From: Candidatus Evtepia faecavium
GTDB lineage: Bacteria > Bacillota > Clostridia > Oscillospirales > Oscillospiraceae
Assembly (NCBI GenBank): GCA_019115545.1
Contig: DXDK01000046.1
Coordinates: 39,706-103,705 of the forward strand
DNA length: 64,000 bases
Reading direction: 5' to 3'
Below, one piece after another: positions 15,892 to 24,297 of the stretch. Below the pieces are notes generated by a model. It saw nothing but the letters and a program-made list of their open reading frames with translations, ran no database searches and had not been told where the DNA came from. How positions within the stretch are numbered: the stretch's first letter is position 1; each line of letters opens with the position of its first letter. The translations under genes and the position numbers were made by a program.

Positions 15892-16437
15892 ATGAGCAAG
15901 TATGTTTGCAGCGTCTGCGGTTACGTCCACGAAGGGGATCAGCCCCCCAAGGAATGTCCCCAGTGCCACGCCCCCGGCAGCAAGTTCGTGGAGCAGGGCC
16001 CCGAGATGAGCTGGGCCGCCGAGCACGTGGTGGGCGTGGCCCAGGGCGCCCCTGAGGATATCATGGCCGACCTGCGGGCCAACTTCACCGGCGAGTGCAC
16101 CGAAGTGGGCATGTACCTGGCCATGGCCCGTGTGGCCCATCGGGAGGGCTATCCCGAGATCGGCCTGTACTGGGAAAAGGCCGCCTGGGAGGAGGCCGAG
16201 CACGCCGCCAAATTCGCCGAGCTGCTGGGCGAGGTGGTCACCGACTCCACCAAGAAGAACCTGGAGATGCGCGTAGAGGCCGAGAACGGCGCCACCGCCG
16301 GCAAGACCGACCTGGCCAAGCGCGCCAAGGCCCTGAACCTGGACGCCATCCACGACACCGTCCACGAGATGGCCCGCGACGAAGCCCGCCACGGCAAGGC
16401 CCTGAAGGGTCTGCTGGACCGTTACTTCGGCAAGTAA
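15892..16437 (+). CDS. Reverse rubrerythrin (N-terminal rubredoxin-like CxxC pairs plus ferritin-like diiron domain)
   Basis: [32 protein letters not shown] followed by ExxH diiron motifs (EECTEVGMY..., [18 protein letters not shown]). SD AGGAGG lies upstream. Confidence 0.9.
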   Translation: MSKYVCSVCGYVHEGDQPPKECPQCHAPGSKFVEQGPEMSWAAEHVVGVAQGAPEDIMADLRANFTGECTEVGMYLAMARVAHREGYPEIGLYWEKAAWEEAEHAAKFAELLGEVVTDSTKKNLEMRVEAENGATAGKTDLAKRAKALNLDAIHDTVHEMARDEARHGKALKGLLDRYFGK

Positions 16438-16452
16438 TCCCAAAGGATTTTG

Positions 16453-16487
16453 ACGCCCCCGGCCTTACGGCCGGGGGCGCGTTTGTG
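16453..16487 (+). terminator. Intrinsic terminator after the rubrerythrin gene
   Basis: CGCCCCCGGCC-TTAC-GGCCGGGGGCG followed by CGTTTGTGT. Confidence 0.65.
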
Positions 16488-16550
16488 TCGAAAAAGTGGC
16501 AGAGCCGCTTTTCGAGAAGAGCGGCATGGCGGAAGGATCTCGTTTTCCGG

Positions 16551-16579
16551 TTGACAAACCCCGCAGCCCCGGATATAAT
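16551..16579 (+). promoter_or_regulatory. Consensus SigA-type promoter
   Basis: TTGACA, 17 nt, TATAAT (perfect hexamers), 65 nt upstream of the 16645 ORF. Confidence 0.65.
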
Positions 16580-16644
16580 GAAGCTAGCTTCACAATGAAG
16601 GGACAAAACACCCAGCGCAAGGGCACCTGCCCGGGAGGAACACC

Positions 16645-17328
16645 ATGGAGGAAAACAAGATTATCCGCCCTGTATACGACGAGCGGGACGAGAGCATCGG
16701 CCTGCTGGCCAAGGGCGCGGCCTGGAACGTGGTCCTGGGGGCGGCCCAGGCGGCGGCCATGGTGTGCGCCGTGCAGGGGAACCCCGCCTGGCGGGTCTGC
16801 CTGGGGATGGTGCTTCTGGGGATCGGGGCCAACCTGGTGGCCCGGTTCGGGGAGTATCGGGAGGGCCGCTGGCTGGCGGCGGGCCTGGCCTCCGGCGGGG
16901 CGGGGATCGCCCTGCTCCTCTGGTTCGTCTTCCTCCCCGGGGCGGCCTATCCCGGGGGGAACTGGCTGGCCCTGGTGGTGGGGGTGGTGCTGCCCTTCCT
17001 CCTCCAGAAGGGGGCGGCCCTGGTCTTCGTGCTGGCGGTGCTGCTCTTCTTCTGGATCAAGGGAAAGGCGGGGCACATGGACGAGGAAACGTGGGATGCC
17101 TGGTTCCGGGGCCTGCCCAACGGGGCCTATGGGGGCCTCTTCCTGGGGCTGTATGCCCTCCCGCTGGCCCTGCTGTCGGCGGTGGGGTATCTCCTCTGGG
17201 CCTGGCTGGGGCTGGCGGCCCCCGCCCTGCTGGCAGGGCTCACCTTTCTCTTCGGCCTGCTGGGGGCTCTGCGGAAGCTGGACGCCCACAAAGGGGAGCT
17301 CTGGGAGAAACTGCGGAACATCTGCTGA
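16645..17328 (+). CDS. Hypothetical integral membrane protein
   Basis: 227-aa ORF after GGGAGG, with several long hydrophobic Gly/Ala/Leu-rich segments. I recognise no family. Confidence 0.6.
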   Translation: MEENKIIRPVYDERDESIGLLAKGAAWNVVLGAAQAAAMVCAVQGNPAWRVCLGMVLLGIGANLVARFGEYREGRWLAAGLASGGAGIALLLWFVFLPGAAYPGGNWLALVVGVVLPFLLQKGAALVFVLAVLLFFWIKGKAGHMDEETWDAWFRGLPNGAYGGLFLGLYALPLALLSAVGYLLWAWLGLAAPALLAGLTFLFGLLGALRKLDAHKGELWEKLRNIC

Positions 17329-17339
17329 GACAGGAAACC

Positions 17340-17378
17340 ACGCCCGCCCTGGGGGGACCCGGGGCGGGCGTGTTCGTG
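17340..17378. terminator. GC-rich hairpin between convergent genes
   Basis: ACGCCCGCCC...GGGCGGGCGT is a 10-bp stem with weak T tracts. It lies between the gene ends at 17328 and 17398. Confidence 0.45.
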
Positions 17379-17397
17379 TCTGGATGGGGGAGTGCCC

Positions 17398-18222
17398 TCA
17401 GCGGTCCTTTTCGTCAAAGGCGGCCAGCAGGTCCAGGGCCAGGGAGCCGTCCCCCTCCCAGGTGTAGGGGATGGCGACGGGATCGCCATCGGGGGGGTGG
17501 CAGACCAGGAAGCCCTCCTCCACGGCATAGGTCCCCTGGTAGTCTTCCTGGGGGGTGGAGATGGCAAAGCCGTCCGGGGCGGAGAAGGTCACCTGGTAGG
17601 CGTTGGCGCCGATATAGCAGCTCCAGGACAGGCCGTTCACGGCGGCCTGGACCTGGGCAGCGGCCGCGGGGCTGGCGGGGGTGTGGAGGGCCAGCATCCG
17701 GTCATACCCCGTGGGGTCGGCGGCCTGGGCCACCGCCTCCTCCCCCGGGCAGAGGATGAGGTCGTCGGTGGAGAGGGTGAGCTGGTCCATCTCCGGGATC
17801 CGCTGGTTGGCCAGGGTGATGACCTGCCCCTCCTCCAGGGCGGAGCGGGGGATGAGGAAGGTCTCCGCCACCGCCAGGGGGGCGCCTACGTAGACGTCCT
17901 TCAAATAGCTGCTGTAGTAGTAACTGGCCATGAAGTCACACTGGCCGGGGTAGTGGGCGGCGGGGAAGCTCCCCGCCCCGTGGATGGTGAGGGCGGTGGA
18001 ACGGCTGTCCACCGAGAGGGTCCGGTCCGGGGTGAAGACGGTGTAGCAGAGGTAGACCATCAGCAGGTCCCCGCCAGCGGGGTCCTGGTAGGCGGTGTCC
18101 ACATACAGGCCGTCCACGTGGATATAGTCGGTTTCCGTGCCAATGACCACGTCCTGTCCGCAGGCGCAGAGGGCCGCGGCCGCCAGGGCAGTCAGGAGGG
18201 AGAGAACGAGCCGTTTCATCAT
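17398..18222 (-). CDS. Hypothetical lipoprotein
   Basis: Start MMKRLVLSLLTALAAAALCACGQD has a signal peptide plus a lipobox-like LCAC. The ATG pair at 18222/18219 follows GGGGGGTG. The track start at 18279 is an extension. Confidence 0.65.
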   Translation of the reverse strand: MMKRLVLSLLTALAAAALCACGQDVVIGTETDYIHVDGLYVDTAYQDPAGGDLLMVYLCYTVFTPDRTLSVDSRSTALTIHGAGSFPAAHYPGQCDFMASYYYSSYLKDVYVGAPLAVAETFLIPRSALEEGQVITLANQRIPEMDQLTLSTDDLILCPGEEAVAQAADPTGYDRMLALHTPASPAAAAQVQAAVNGLSWSCYIGANAYQVTFSAPDGFAISTPQEDYQGTYAVEEGFLVCHPPDGDPVAIPYTWEGDGSLALDLLAAFDEKDR

Positions 18223-18355
18223 AACACCCCCCGTCGGTTCTTGGTATGGTTCTTCTACAACCAGTATACCATAGAGCAACCGCGGGTGCCACCGGTTTGG
18301 CCCATTCTTTTGCCGTTTTTTGTAAAATTTTCGGGGAAATGGCGGAAAGTGCGCA

Positions 18356-18384
18356 TTGACAAATGGAAGGGGATTCGATATAGT
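18356..18384 (+). promoter_or_regulatory. Putative promoter of the 18445 ORF
   Basis: TTGACA, 17 nt, TATAGT. Confidence 0.55.
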
Positions 18385-18444
18385 ATCCGGGAAGTTTCCA
18401 GGGAGACTTCCCTATGAGAATGTAGAGAAAAGGAGAAATGATCC

Positions 18445-18879
18445 ATGCAGACAAACGCACCTGGCCGGGGCAAGCTGAAGGTCACCGGCATCATCTATAT
18501 CATCTACGGAGTTCTGGGCCTGCTGGGCTCCCTGATCCTGCTGGGAGGCGGCGGCCTGCTGGCCGCCAGCGGCAACAGCGCGGGGGCAGTTCTGGGCGTC
18601 GTCGCGGGGACCCTGGGGGTCATCAACACCATCAGCGCGGTGTTCTACCTGATCCTGGGCATCCTGGGCGTGCGCAACTGCGACAAGCCGGAGAAGTGCG
18701 GCGGCTGCTTCGTCCTGGGGGTCATCGTGCTGATCTTCGTGCTCATCGGCCTGGTGATCAACGTGATGTCCGCCGGCCCGGTGGGGGCCCTCACCAGCGT
18801 GGTGGGCCTGCTACTGTCCATCTTCTACCTGATGGGCGCCAAGGAGAACCGGGACGCCTGGAAGAGCACCCACCAGTAA
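18445..18879 (+). CDS. Hypothetical small membrane protein (about 4 TM)
   Basis: 144-aa ORF after AAAAGGAGAA, with Gly/Leu/Val-rich hydrophobic helices and the central loop CDKPEKCGGC. Confidence 0.6.
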   Translation: MQTNAPGRGKLKVTGIIYIIYGVLGLLGSLILLGGGGLLAASGNSAGAVLGVVAGTLGVINTISAVFYLILGILGVRNCDKPEKCGGCFVLGVIVLIFVLIGLVINVMSAGPVGALTSVVGLLLSIFYLMGAKENRDAWKSTHQ

Positions 18880-18897
18880 TCCCCACAACCACAACAC

Positions 18898-18939
18898 AGA
18901 AAAGCCACCGCGCACCCGAAGGTGCGCGGTGGCATTTTT
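18898..18939. terminator. Bidirectional intrinsic terminator
   Basis: GCCACCGCGCACC-CGAA-GGTGCGCGGTGGC with a flanking A run and ATTTTTG. It lies between the convergent gene ends at 18879 and 18954. Confidence 0.8.
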
Positions 18940-18953
18940 GTCCATGGGGAAGC

Positions 18954-19208
18954 TCAGCGGCCGCAGCCGCAGGCCGGGGCCGGCCGGGGGGCGGGACGTG
19001 AGCGGGCGGCCTCCGTGGGGGCCCAGCCCGGGGCGTGGCGGGCGCACAGCTGGATACAGGACCCGCAGCCGGCGCACCAGAGGGGCTCCACGAAGCTGTG
19101 GCCGTCGGGCAGGCGGCGGATGGCCTTCATGGTGCAGGCCTCGATGCATTCGCCGCAGCCGATGCAGCGGGTGGGGTCGATGAGGGCACGGCCGGTGGTA
19201 AAGTTCAT
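18954..19208 (-). CDS. 2x[4Fe-4S] ferredoxin-like protein
   Basis: 84 aa from the ATG at 19208 (SD GGAGAGGAG). It has two CxxCxxCxxxC motifs (CIGCGECIEAC, CAGCGSCIQLC). The C-terminal tail is rich in Pro, Arg and Ala. Confidence 0.65.
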   Translation of the reverse strand: MNFTTGRALIDPTRCIGCGECIEACTMKAIRRLPDGHSFVEPLWCAGCGSCIQLCARHAPGWAPTEAARSRPAPRPAPACGCGR

Positions 19209-19317
19209 GGGGATCGCTCCTCTCCTGCCCGGGACGGGCGCGGGACGTGTTGCTCTTTTCGTCACTGTAACACGTTTTGCCCGCCGGCGCAATCCCTGTC
19301 CCCAAATTTTTCTCCCC

Positions 19318-20766
19318 TTATTCCCCCTGCAGCAGGCCACGGAAGGTGTCGATAAGGTCCAGCAGACCGTCCCGGCTCACCAGCAGGCGGCTCTCCCCGT
19401 TGAGGGTGACCAGGCAGCTGCTGCTGTCATACTGGGAGAAGGTGAGGGTGACGGTGGGGAAGGCCTCCTTGTCCTGGTGGAAGGTAAAGGCGATCTCCTC
19501 CGTGCCCGGGGCGGCGCCGGCGTCGCTGCCGGAGACCTCCAGGTCGGCCAGGGTGTCCAGGGCGTCGGTGATCTCCACCGTCTCCCCCTCCAGCTGGTAG
19601 ACGTAGGTCTCGGTGGTGCTGCCGTCCTCGTCGGTCTCCTCCTGGACCTCCTTGTCCAGGGTATAGGTGGCCCCGTCCAGGGTGATGTCCACCCCGGTGA
19701 CATCCTCCCAGTCCAGCAGGATCACGTCCTGGGGCAGCAGGTCGCTGCCCTTGGCGGCCAGGAGGGCGTCGGCCACCGAGCCGTCGATCCGGTAGACCAT
19801 GGAGGAGCCGGCCAGGCGGGCGTAGCAGGTGTCGCCGTCGTAGTCCCCCAGCTCCAGGGTGAAGGTGGCGGGGGTCTCCTGGGTCTCATAGACGGGGTCC
19901 CCGTTCTCGTCGGTCTCGTTGGTCTCCACCTGGGTGCTCTCGGTGTACTGAACGGTGACGGTGGCGGCGGGGACATCCAGGCCGTAGGTGCCCAGGGTGT
20001 CCTCGGTGGCCTGATAGTCCACGCAGGCGTTCCAGGTCAGGCCCGTGACGGTGTCCACCAGGCTCTGGGTGAGGGAGCTGTCCAGGGCGGTGAGGCTCCC
20101 CTCCTGATCCCAGAACCAGGTGTACTGGTCGCTGTAGGCCAGGCCGCCCTCCTCCTGGTAGTCGATGGAAAGGGTGCCGCCGCTGGTCTCAATGGAGAGG
20201 TTGGTGAGGTCCGTCATGGAGGGGATGGTCTCCTCCTCCACCAGGTCATACAGCCCCAGGGCGAAGTCGTCCAGCAGGGTGGAATCCACTAGGTAGACGG
20301 TGCCGTCCCCCAGGGAGAGGTACCGCTGGCCCCCCAGGGAGGTCTCGTCCCCGAAGGTCAGGGTGTGGGTTTCCTCCCCGGCGGTGACGGAGACGGTGCA
20401 CACCCCCTCCTCCAGGCCGTAGGAGGCCAGGTCCTCGGGGTCCTGGATGGTCTTGGCGGCCTCCACCTCCGAGAGGGCCTGAACCATGGCGTCGGGGTAG
20501 GCGGCGTCCAGGGGGAAGGCCTCGTCGGGATAGCTCCAGTTGCTCTCCCCGTCCTTCTGCAGGGTGACGGTGCTGCCGTCGTAGGTCCAGGAGAGGTCGG
20601 TGACCTGGTCGGGGTCCAGGGAGAAGATAACAAAGGTGGTGTCCTCCGCCGTCTCCTCCGAGGGGGCCAGCCGGGTGGCCAGCAGGGCGGCGGCGGTGAG
20701 GGCGATGAGGCATAGAAGCAACAGGAGCAGCTTTCTGCCGCGGGTCATGTCGGTCAATGCTTTCAT
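19318..20766 (-). CDS. DUF4340-like protein (partner of GldG-type ABC systems)
   Basis: 482 aa with an N-terminal TM anchor (LLLLLLCLIALTAAALL) and an acidic, Thr-rich beta-type ectodomain. The ATGA overlap with the upstream GldG-like gene matches the usual DUF4340 position. Confidence 0.7.
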   Translation of the reverse strand: MKALTDMTRGRKLLLLLLCLIALTAAALLATRLAPSEETAEDTTFVIFSLDPDQVTDLSWTYDGSTVTLQKDGESNWSYPDEAFPLDAAYPDAMVQALSEVEAAKTIQDPEDLASYGLEEGVCTVSVTAGEETHTLTFGDETSLGGQRYLSLGDGTVYLVDSTLLDDFALGLYDLVEEETIPSMTDLTNLSIETSGGTLSIDYQEEGGLAYSDQYTWFWDQEGSLTALDSSLTQSLVDTVTGLTWNACVDYQATEDTLGTYGLDVPAATVTVQYTESTQVETNETDENGDPVYETQETPATFTLELGDYDGDTCYARLAGSSMVYRIDGSVADALLAAKGSDLLPQDVILLDWEDVTGVDITLDGATYTLDKEVQEETDEDGSTTETYVYQLEGETVEITDALDTLADLEVSGSDAGAAPGTEEIAFTFHQDKEAFPTVTLTFSQYDSSSCLVTLNGESRLLVSRDGLLDLIDTFRGLLQGE

Positions 20767-22244
20767 TGGCGTTTCCTCCGGATCCAGATGCGCAGGCCGA
20801 AGAACAGATAGCCTGCGGGTACCACCGCCACCACCAGCAGGATGAGCAGGGAGGCGGTGGAGGCGGGCACAGTGAGGTACTGGGTGGTGATCTCCTTGGC
20901 GTGGATGGAGACCCCCTCCTCCCCCTGGCAGGTCCAGCCCACGCAGTTGAGGAAGAAGTCCTCGTTGGCCCCGGAGACCTGCTGGTTGTACTGGTCATCC
21001 ACCAGGGAGGTGGAGCCGATCCAGAGGACGTGGCTCTCCGTCCCGTCCTCCTGCTTCTCCGTGGCCAGGGCGGCCAGGGAGAAGGGCCCCGCCAGGTCCC
21101 CCTCCTCCTTGGAATAGGTCTCCATGCTATACCCCGCCAGCTTGGAATAGGCCTGGTCGGAGGTGGTCAGCAGGGACTCCACCGTGAGCCCCTCCCGGGG
21201 GCTGTCGGTGACGGTGATCCCCTGGGCCAGGGAGAGGAGGATGTAGTATCCCCCGTCGATGAGGGGCTCCGTGATGGCGTGGCTGTCCAGGTCAGGCAGG
21301 AGGTAGAAGGGGGCCCCCAGGGCATAGTGGCCGCTGTCCCCCTCCAGGACGATGCCGTCGTTGGCGGCCATGCCGTAGTCGGCCAGCAGGGCCTCCAGGT
21401 TGGGGCGCTCCTGGCCCTCCTGGGCGGGGTCGGTGAGGACGATGAGGTCCCCGCCCTGGTCCAGATAGGCCTGGATGGCCTCCGCCTCCTCCTGGGAGAG
21501 GTCGCTCTCAGGCCCGTTGAGGAGCAGGCAGTCGGCGTCCTCGGGGACGCTCTCCTGGGTGAGCAGGGAGAGGCTCTCCACCTCCACGTTCTGCCCCTCC
21601 ACCGCCGACTGGAAGGTGGAGGTCAGGTCGGCCTCCCCGTGGCCGGTGAGGGTGTACAGCTTGGGCAGGTCCTCCCGGGTGACGTAGTCGATGGCCGAGG
21701 TGAGGGCGCTCTCCCCGGAGAAGCTGGTGTTATAGGAGGTGTAGTCGTCGCTGTAGGTGTACTCGTAGAGGTCGTCGTAGCTCACATAGGTGTCCCGGTC
21801 GCCGGAGACCACGATGAGGCTGTTGTTGTACACCGTGCCGGAGACGTACTCCTGGAGCAGTTCCGGGGACACGTCGGGGTCCACCTTTTCCAGGGTGACC
21901 CGGTCGCTGCCGGCGGCGTACCGGTCCAGAAGGGTGCCCAGGGTTTCGTCCTCCTGGCCGCTCTGGACCACCCAGTAGAGGGTGATGTCCTCCTCCAGGC
22001 CGCCTAGGATGTCCTCGGTCTCCTGGGAGAGGGTGTACATCGACCCGGCGGTGGTGTCCACCTGGGTGAGGGTGGCGGGCAGGGCGGTGACCAGGAGGTT
22101 GGCCACCACGGCGATGAGCACCACGATGGCTGCCGCCGCCACGCTGTATCCCCCCACCCGGAAGGCCCGGGTGGTGAGGGAGGCCTTGATCCCCGCCCAG
22201 GTGGGGCGGCCCCACTGGGGTTTCTTCCACGGGAGCTTTCTCAT
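20763..22244 (-). CDS. GldG-like ABC transport auxiliary component
   Basis: N- and C-terminal TM anchors flank a large ectodomain (YTLSQETEDILGGLEEDITLYW...). The ATG at 22244 sits 9 nt after GGAGG and overlaps the permease stop (ATGA). The track start at 22253 is a GTG. Confidence 0.8.
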   Translation of the reverse strand: MRKLPWKKPQWGRPTWAGIKASLTTRAFRVGGYSVAAAAIVVLIAVVANLLVTALPATLTQVDTTAGSMYTLSQETEDILGGLEEDITLYWVVQSGQEDETLGTLLDRYAAGSDRVTLEKVDPDVSPELLQEYVSGTVYNNSLIVVSGDRDTYVSYDDLYEYTYSDDYTSYNTSFSGESALTSAIDYVTREDLPKLYTLTGHGEADLTSTFQSAVEGQNVEVESLSLLTQESVPEDADCLLLNGPESDLSQEEAEAIQAYLDQGGDLIVLTDPAQEGQERPNLEALLADYGMAANDGIVLEGDSGHYALGAPFYLLPDLDSHAITEPLIDGGYYILLSLAQGITVTDSPREGLTVESLLTTSDQAYSKLAGYSMETYSKEEGDLAGPFSLAALATEKQEDGTESHVLWIGSTSLVDDQYNQQVSGANEDFFLNCVGWTCQGEEGVSIHAKEITTQYLTVPASTASLLILLVVAVVPAGYLFFGLRIWIRRKRQ

Positions 22245-23107
22245 GCGCTCCACCTCCGTTTCTCCAGGGACTGGACGGTGAGGAAGAGGAAGACCAGGAT
22301 CACCGTCCCGAAATAGACCAGGGTGGTCACGTCAAAAATGCCCTCGGCGAAGTCGTAAAACCGGTCGAAGAGGGACAGTTTCTCCACCAGGGTGGGGAAG
22401 AGGCCGGCGAAGCTGTCTCCCCCCAGGACATAGCCCAGGAGGAGGGCGATCTCCAGCACGGCGATGAGGGCCACGGACACCGGGGTGTTCTGGGTCATCA
22501 GGCGGAAGATCAGCCCCACCAGCAGGACCACCGCCGTGAAGGCGGCGAAGGAGGCCAGGGCGGAGGTGGAGAAGTACCCCGTGAGGTCCGGCAGGAAGTA
22601 GCACACCAGCAGGACCACGAAGCACAGCCCGGCGGCCACCCCCTGGCTCTCGGTGAGGGAGGAGAGGAAGAGCCCCACCGACAGCAGGGCCGCCCCCAGG
22701 AAGAGGAACCCCACCGCCGTGCTGAACACCGCCGGCAGATAGATGCTCCCGAAGGCGGAGAGCAGAATGGGGTAGAGGCACAGGATCCCCACCGGGAGGA
22801 GGAAGACCACCAGCATGGCCAGGTACTTCCCCAGCGTCACCCCCGTCATGGACAGGGGGAGGGAGTAGAGGAGCTGGTCGGTCTTCTGGCGCTTTTCCTG
22901 GGCGATGGCCCCCATGGTGAGCACGGGGACCACGATGAGGAAGAGGAAGGCCAGGTTGGTGAGGACGTACTCATAGTTGGCCGAGCCGGCGTTGAGGCAG
23001 ATCACCATGGTGTAGATCCCCCCGAAGAGGAGGAGAAAGGCCCCGAAGACATAGCCGGTGAGGCCGGTGAAGTACCCCGCCAGCTCGTGGCGGAAGACGG
23101 CTTTCAT
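22241..23107 (-). CDS. ABC-2 family permease (GldF-like)
   Basis: 288-aa polytopic protein MKAVFRHELAGYFTGLTGYVF..., with an ATGA overlap to the ATPase gene. Confidence 0.85.
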   Translation of the reverse strand: MKAVFRHELAGYFTGLTGYVFGAFLLLFGGIYTMVICLNAGSANYEYVLTNLAFLFLIVVPVLTMGAIAQEKRQKTDQLLYSLPLSMTGVTLGKYLAMLVVFLLPVGILCLYPILLSAFGSIYLPAVFSTAVGFLFLGAALLSVGLFLSSLTESQGVAAGLCFVVLLVCYFLPDLTGYFSTSALASFAAFTAVVLLVGLIFRLMTQNTPVSVALIAVLEIALLLGYVLGGDSFAGLFPTLVEKLSLFDRFYDFAEGIFDVTTLVYFGTVILVFLFLTVQSLEKRRWSA

Positions 23108-24093
23108 GAGAGATTCACCTCCTCTTCGTGGGGCGCCTGGTCGGGGGGATCTGCCTGGTCGGCGTCCTGGGTGAGTTCCAGGAAGATGTCCTCCAGGCTG
23201 GTGCGGGCGGCCTCCAGCCGGAGCAGGGCCCGGCCGGCTCCGCTAAAGGCGAAGAAAATGGCCCGGCAAAGGGCCTCGGCCTCCCCGTCGGTCTCCAGGT
23301 GGACGGTGCAGGCGTCCCCGTCCCGGGGCTGGATGTCCAGGTTTGTGATGCCCTCCAGGGGGGCGAGGATGCGGCAGATCTCCTCCGAGCCGGCCTCGGC
23401 GGTGAGCTGGATGGCCGCCCCGCCGGCAAAGCGGCGCTCCAGGTTCTCCGGGGTGTCCCAGGCCACCAGGCGGCCGTGGGAGAGGATGAGCACGTTCTGG
23501 CACACCGCCTGGACCTCCGGCAGGATGTGGCTGGAGAGGATGACGGTGTGGTCCCGCCCCAGGTCCCGGATGAGGGAGCGGATCTCGATGATCTGCTTGG
23601 GGTCCAGGCCCACGGTGGGCTCATCCAGGATGACCACCTCCGGCTCCCCCAGCAGGGCCTGGGCGATGCCCACCCGCTGCTGGTAGCCTTTGGAGAGGTT
23701 CTTGATGAGCCGGTGGGCCACCTCGGCGGTGCCGGTGACCTCCATGGCCCGGCGGAGCTGGCGGTCCAGGTCCTCCGGGGCCACCCCCTTGGCCCGGGCC
23801 ACGAAGGTGAGGTATTCCCGGGGGGTGCGGTCGGGGTAGACGGGGGGCCGCTCCGGCAGGTAGCCCAGCAGCCGCTTGGCCCGGCCGGCCTCCTCGAAGA
23901 TGTCGTGCCCCCCAACGGTGACGGTGCCTGACGAGGCCGCCAGGCACCCGGTCATGATGTTCATGGTGGTGGACTTCCCCGCCCCGTTGGGGCCCAGCAG
24001 GCCATAGATCTGCCCCTTCTCGATGTGGAAGGACAGGTCAGAGACCGCGGTGTGGGGGCCATACCGTTTGGTGAGATGGCTGACTGTGATCAT
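23104..24093 (-). CDS. ABC transporter ATP-binding protein (GldA-like)
   Basis: Walker A GPNGAGKST, signature LSKGYQQR, Walker B VVILDEP. A C-terminal extension is present. SD AAAGGAGG lies upstream. Confidence 0.93.
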   Translation of the reverse strand: MITVSHLTKRYGPHTAVSDLSFHIEKGQIYGLLGPNGAGKSTTMNIMTGCLAASSGTVTVGGHDIFEEAGRAKRLLGYLPERPPVYPDRTPREYLTFVARAKGVAPEDLDRQLRRAMEVTGTAEVAHRLIKNLSKGYQQRVGIAQALLGEPEVVILDEPTVGLDPKQIIEIRSLIRDLGRDHTVILSSHILPEVQAVCQNVLILSHGRLVAWDTPENLERRFAGGAAIQLTAEAGSEEICRILAPLEGITNLDIQPRDGDACTVHLETDGEAEALCRAIFFAFSGAGRALLRLEAARTSLEDIFLELTQDADQADPPDQAPHEEEVNLS

Positions 24094-24297
24094 AGGTTCG
24101 GTGCCTCCTTTGGTCCTCTACCCTACCGGAGCAACCTTAAGCCAGCTTTAAAATCCCCGTGAACAAGGTGTAAACACTGGCCCCCGGGGCAGGGGGTGCC
24201 GGTTGCTTTTTCCCGGCAAAGTTGGTACAATAGCTTCGTATGCCTTTGGAATACGGACCCAGCGGGGCACGGCCCCGCGGCAAAGGATGTGACTGGA

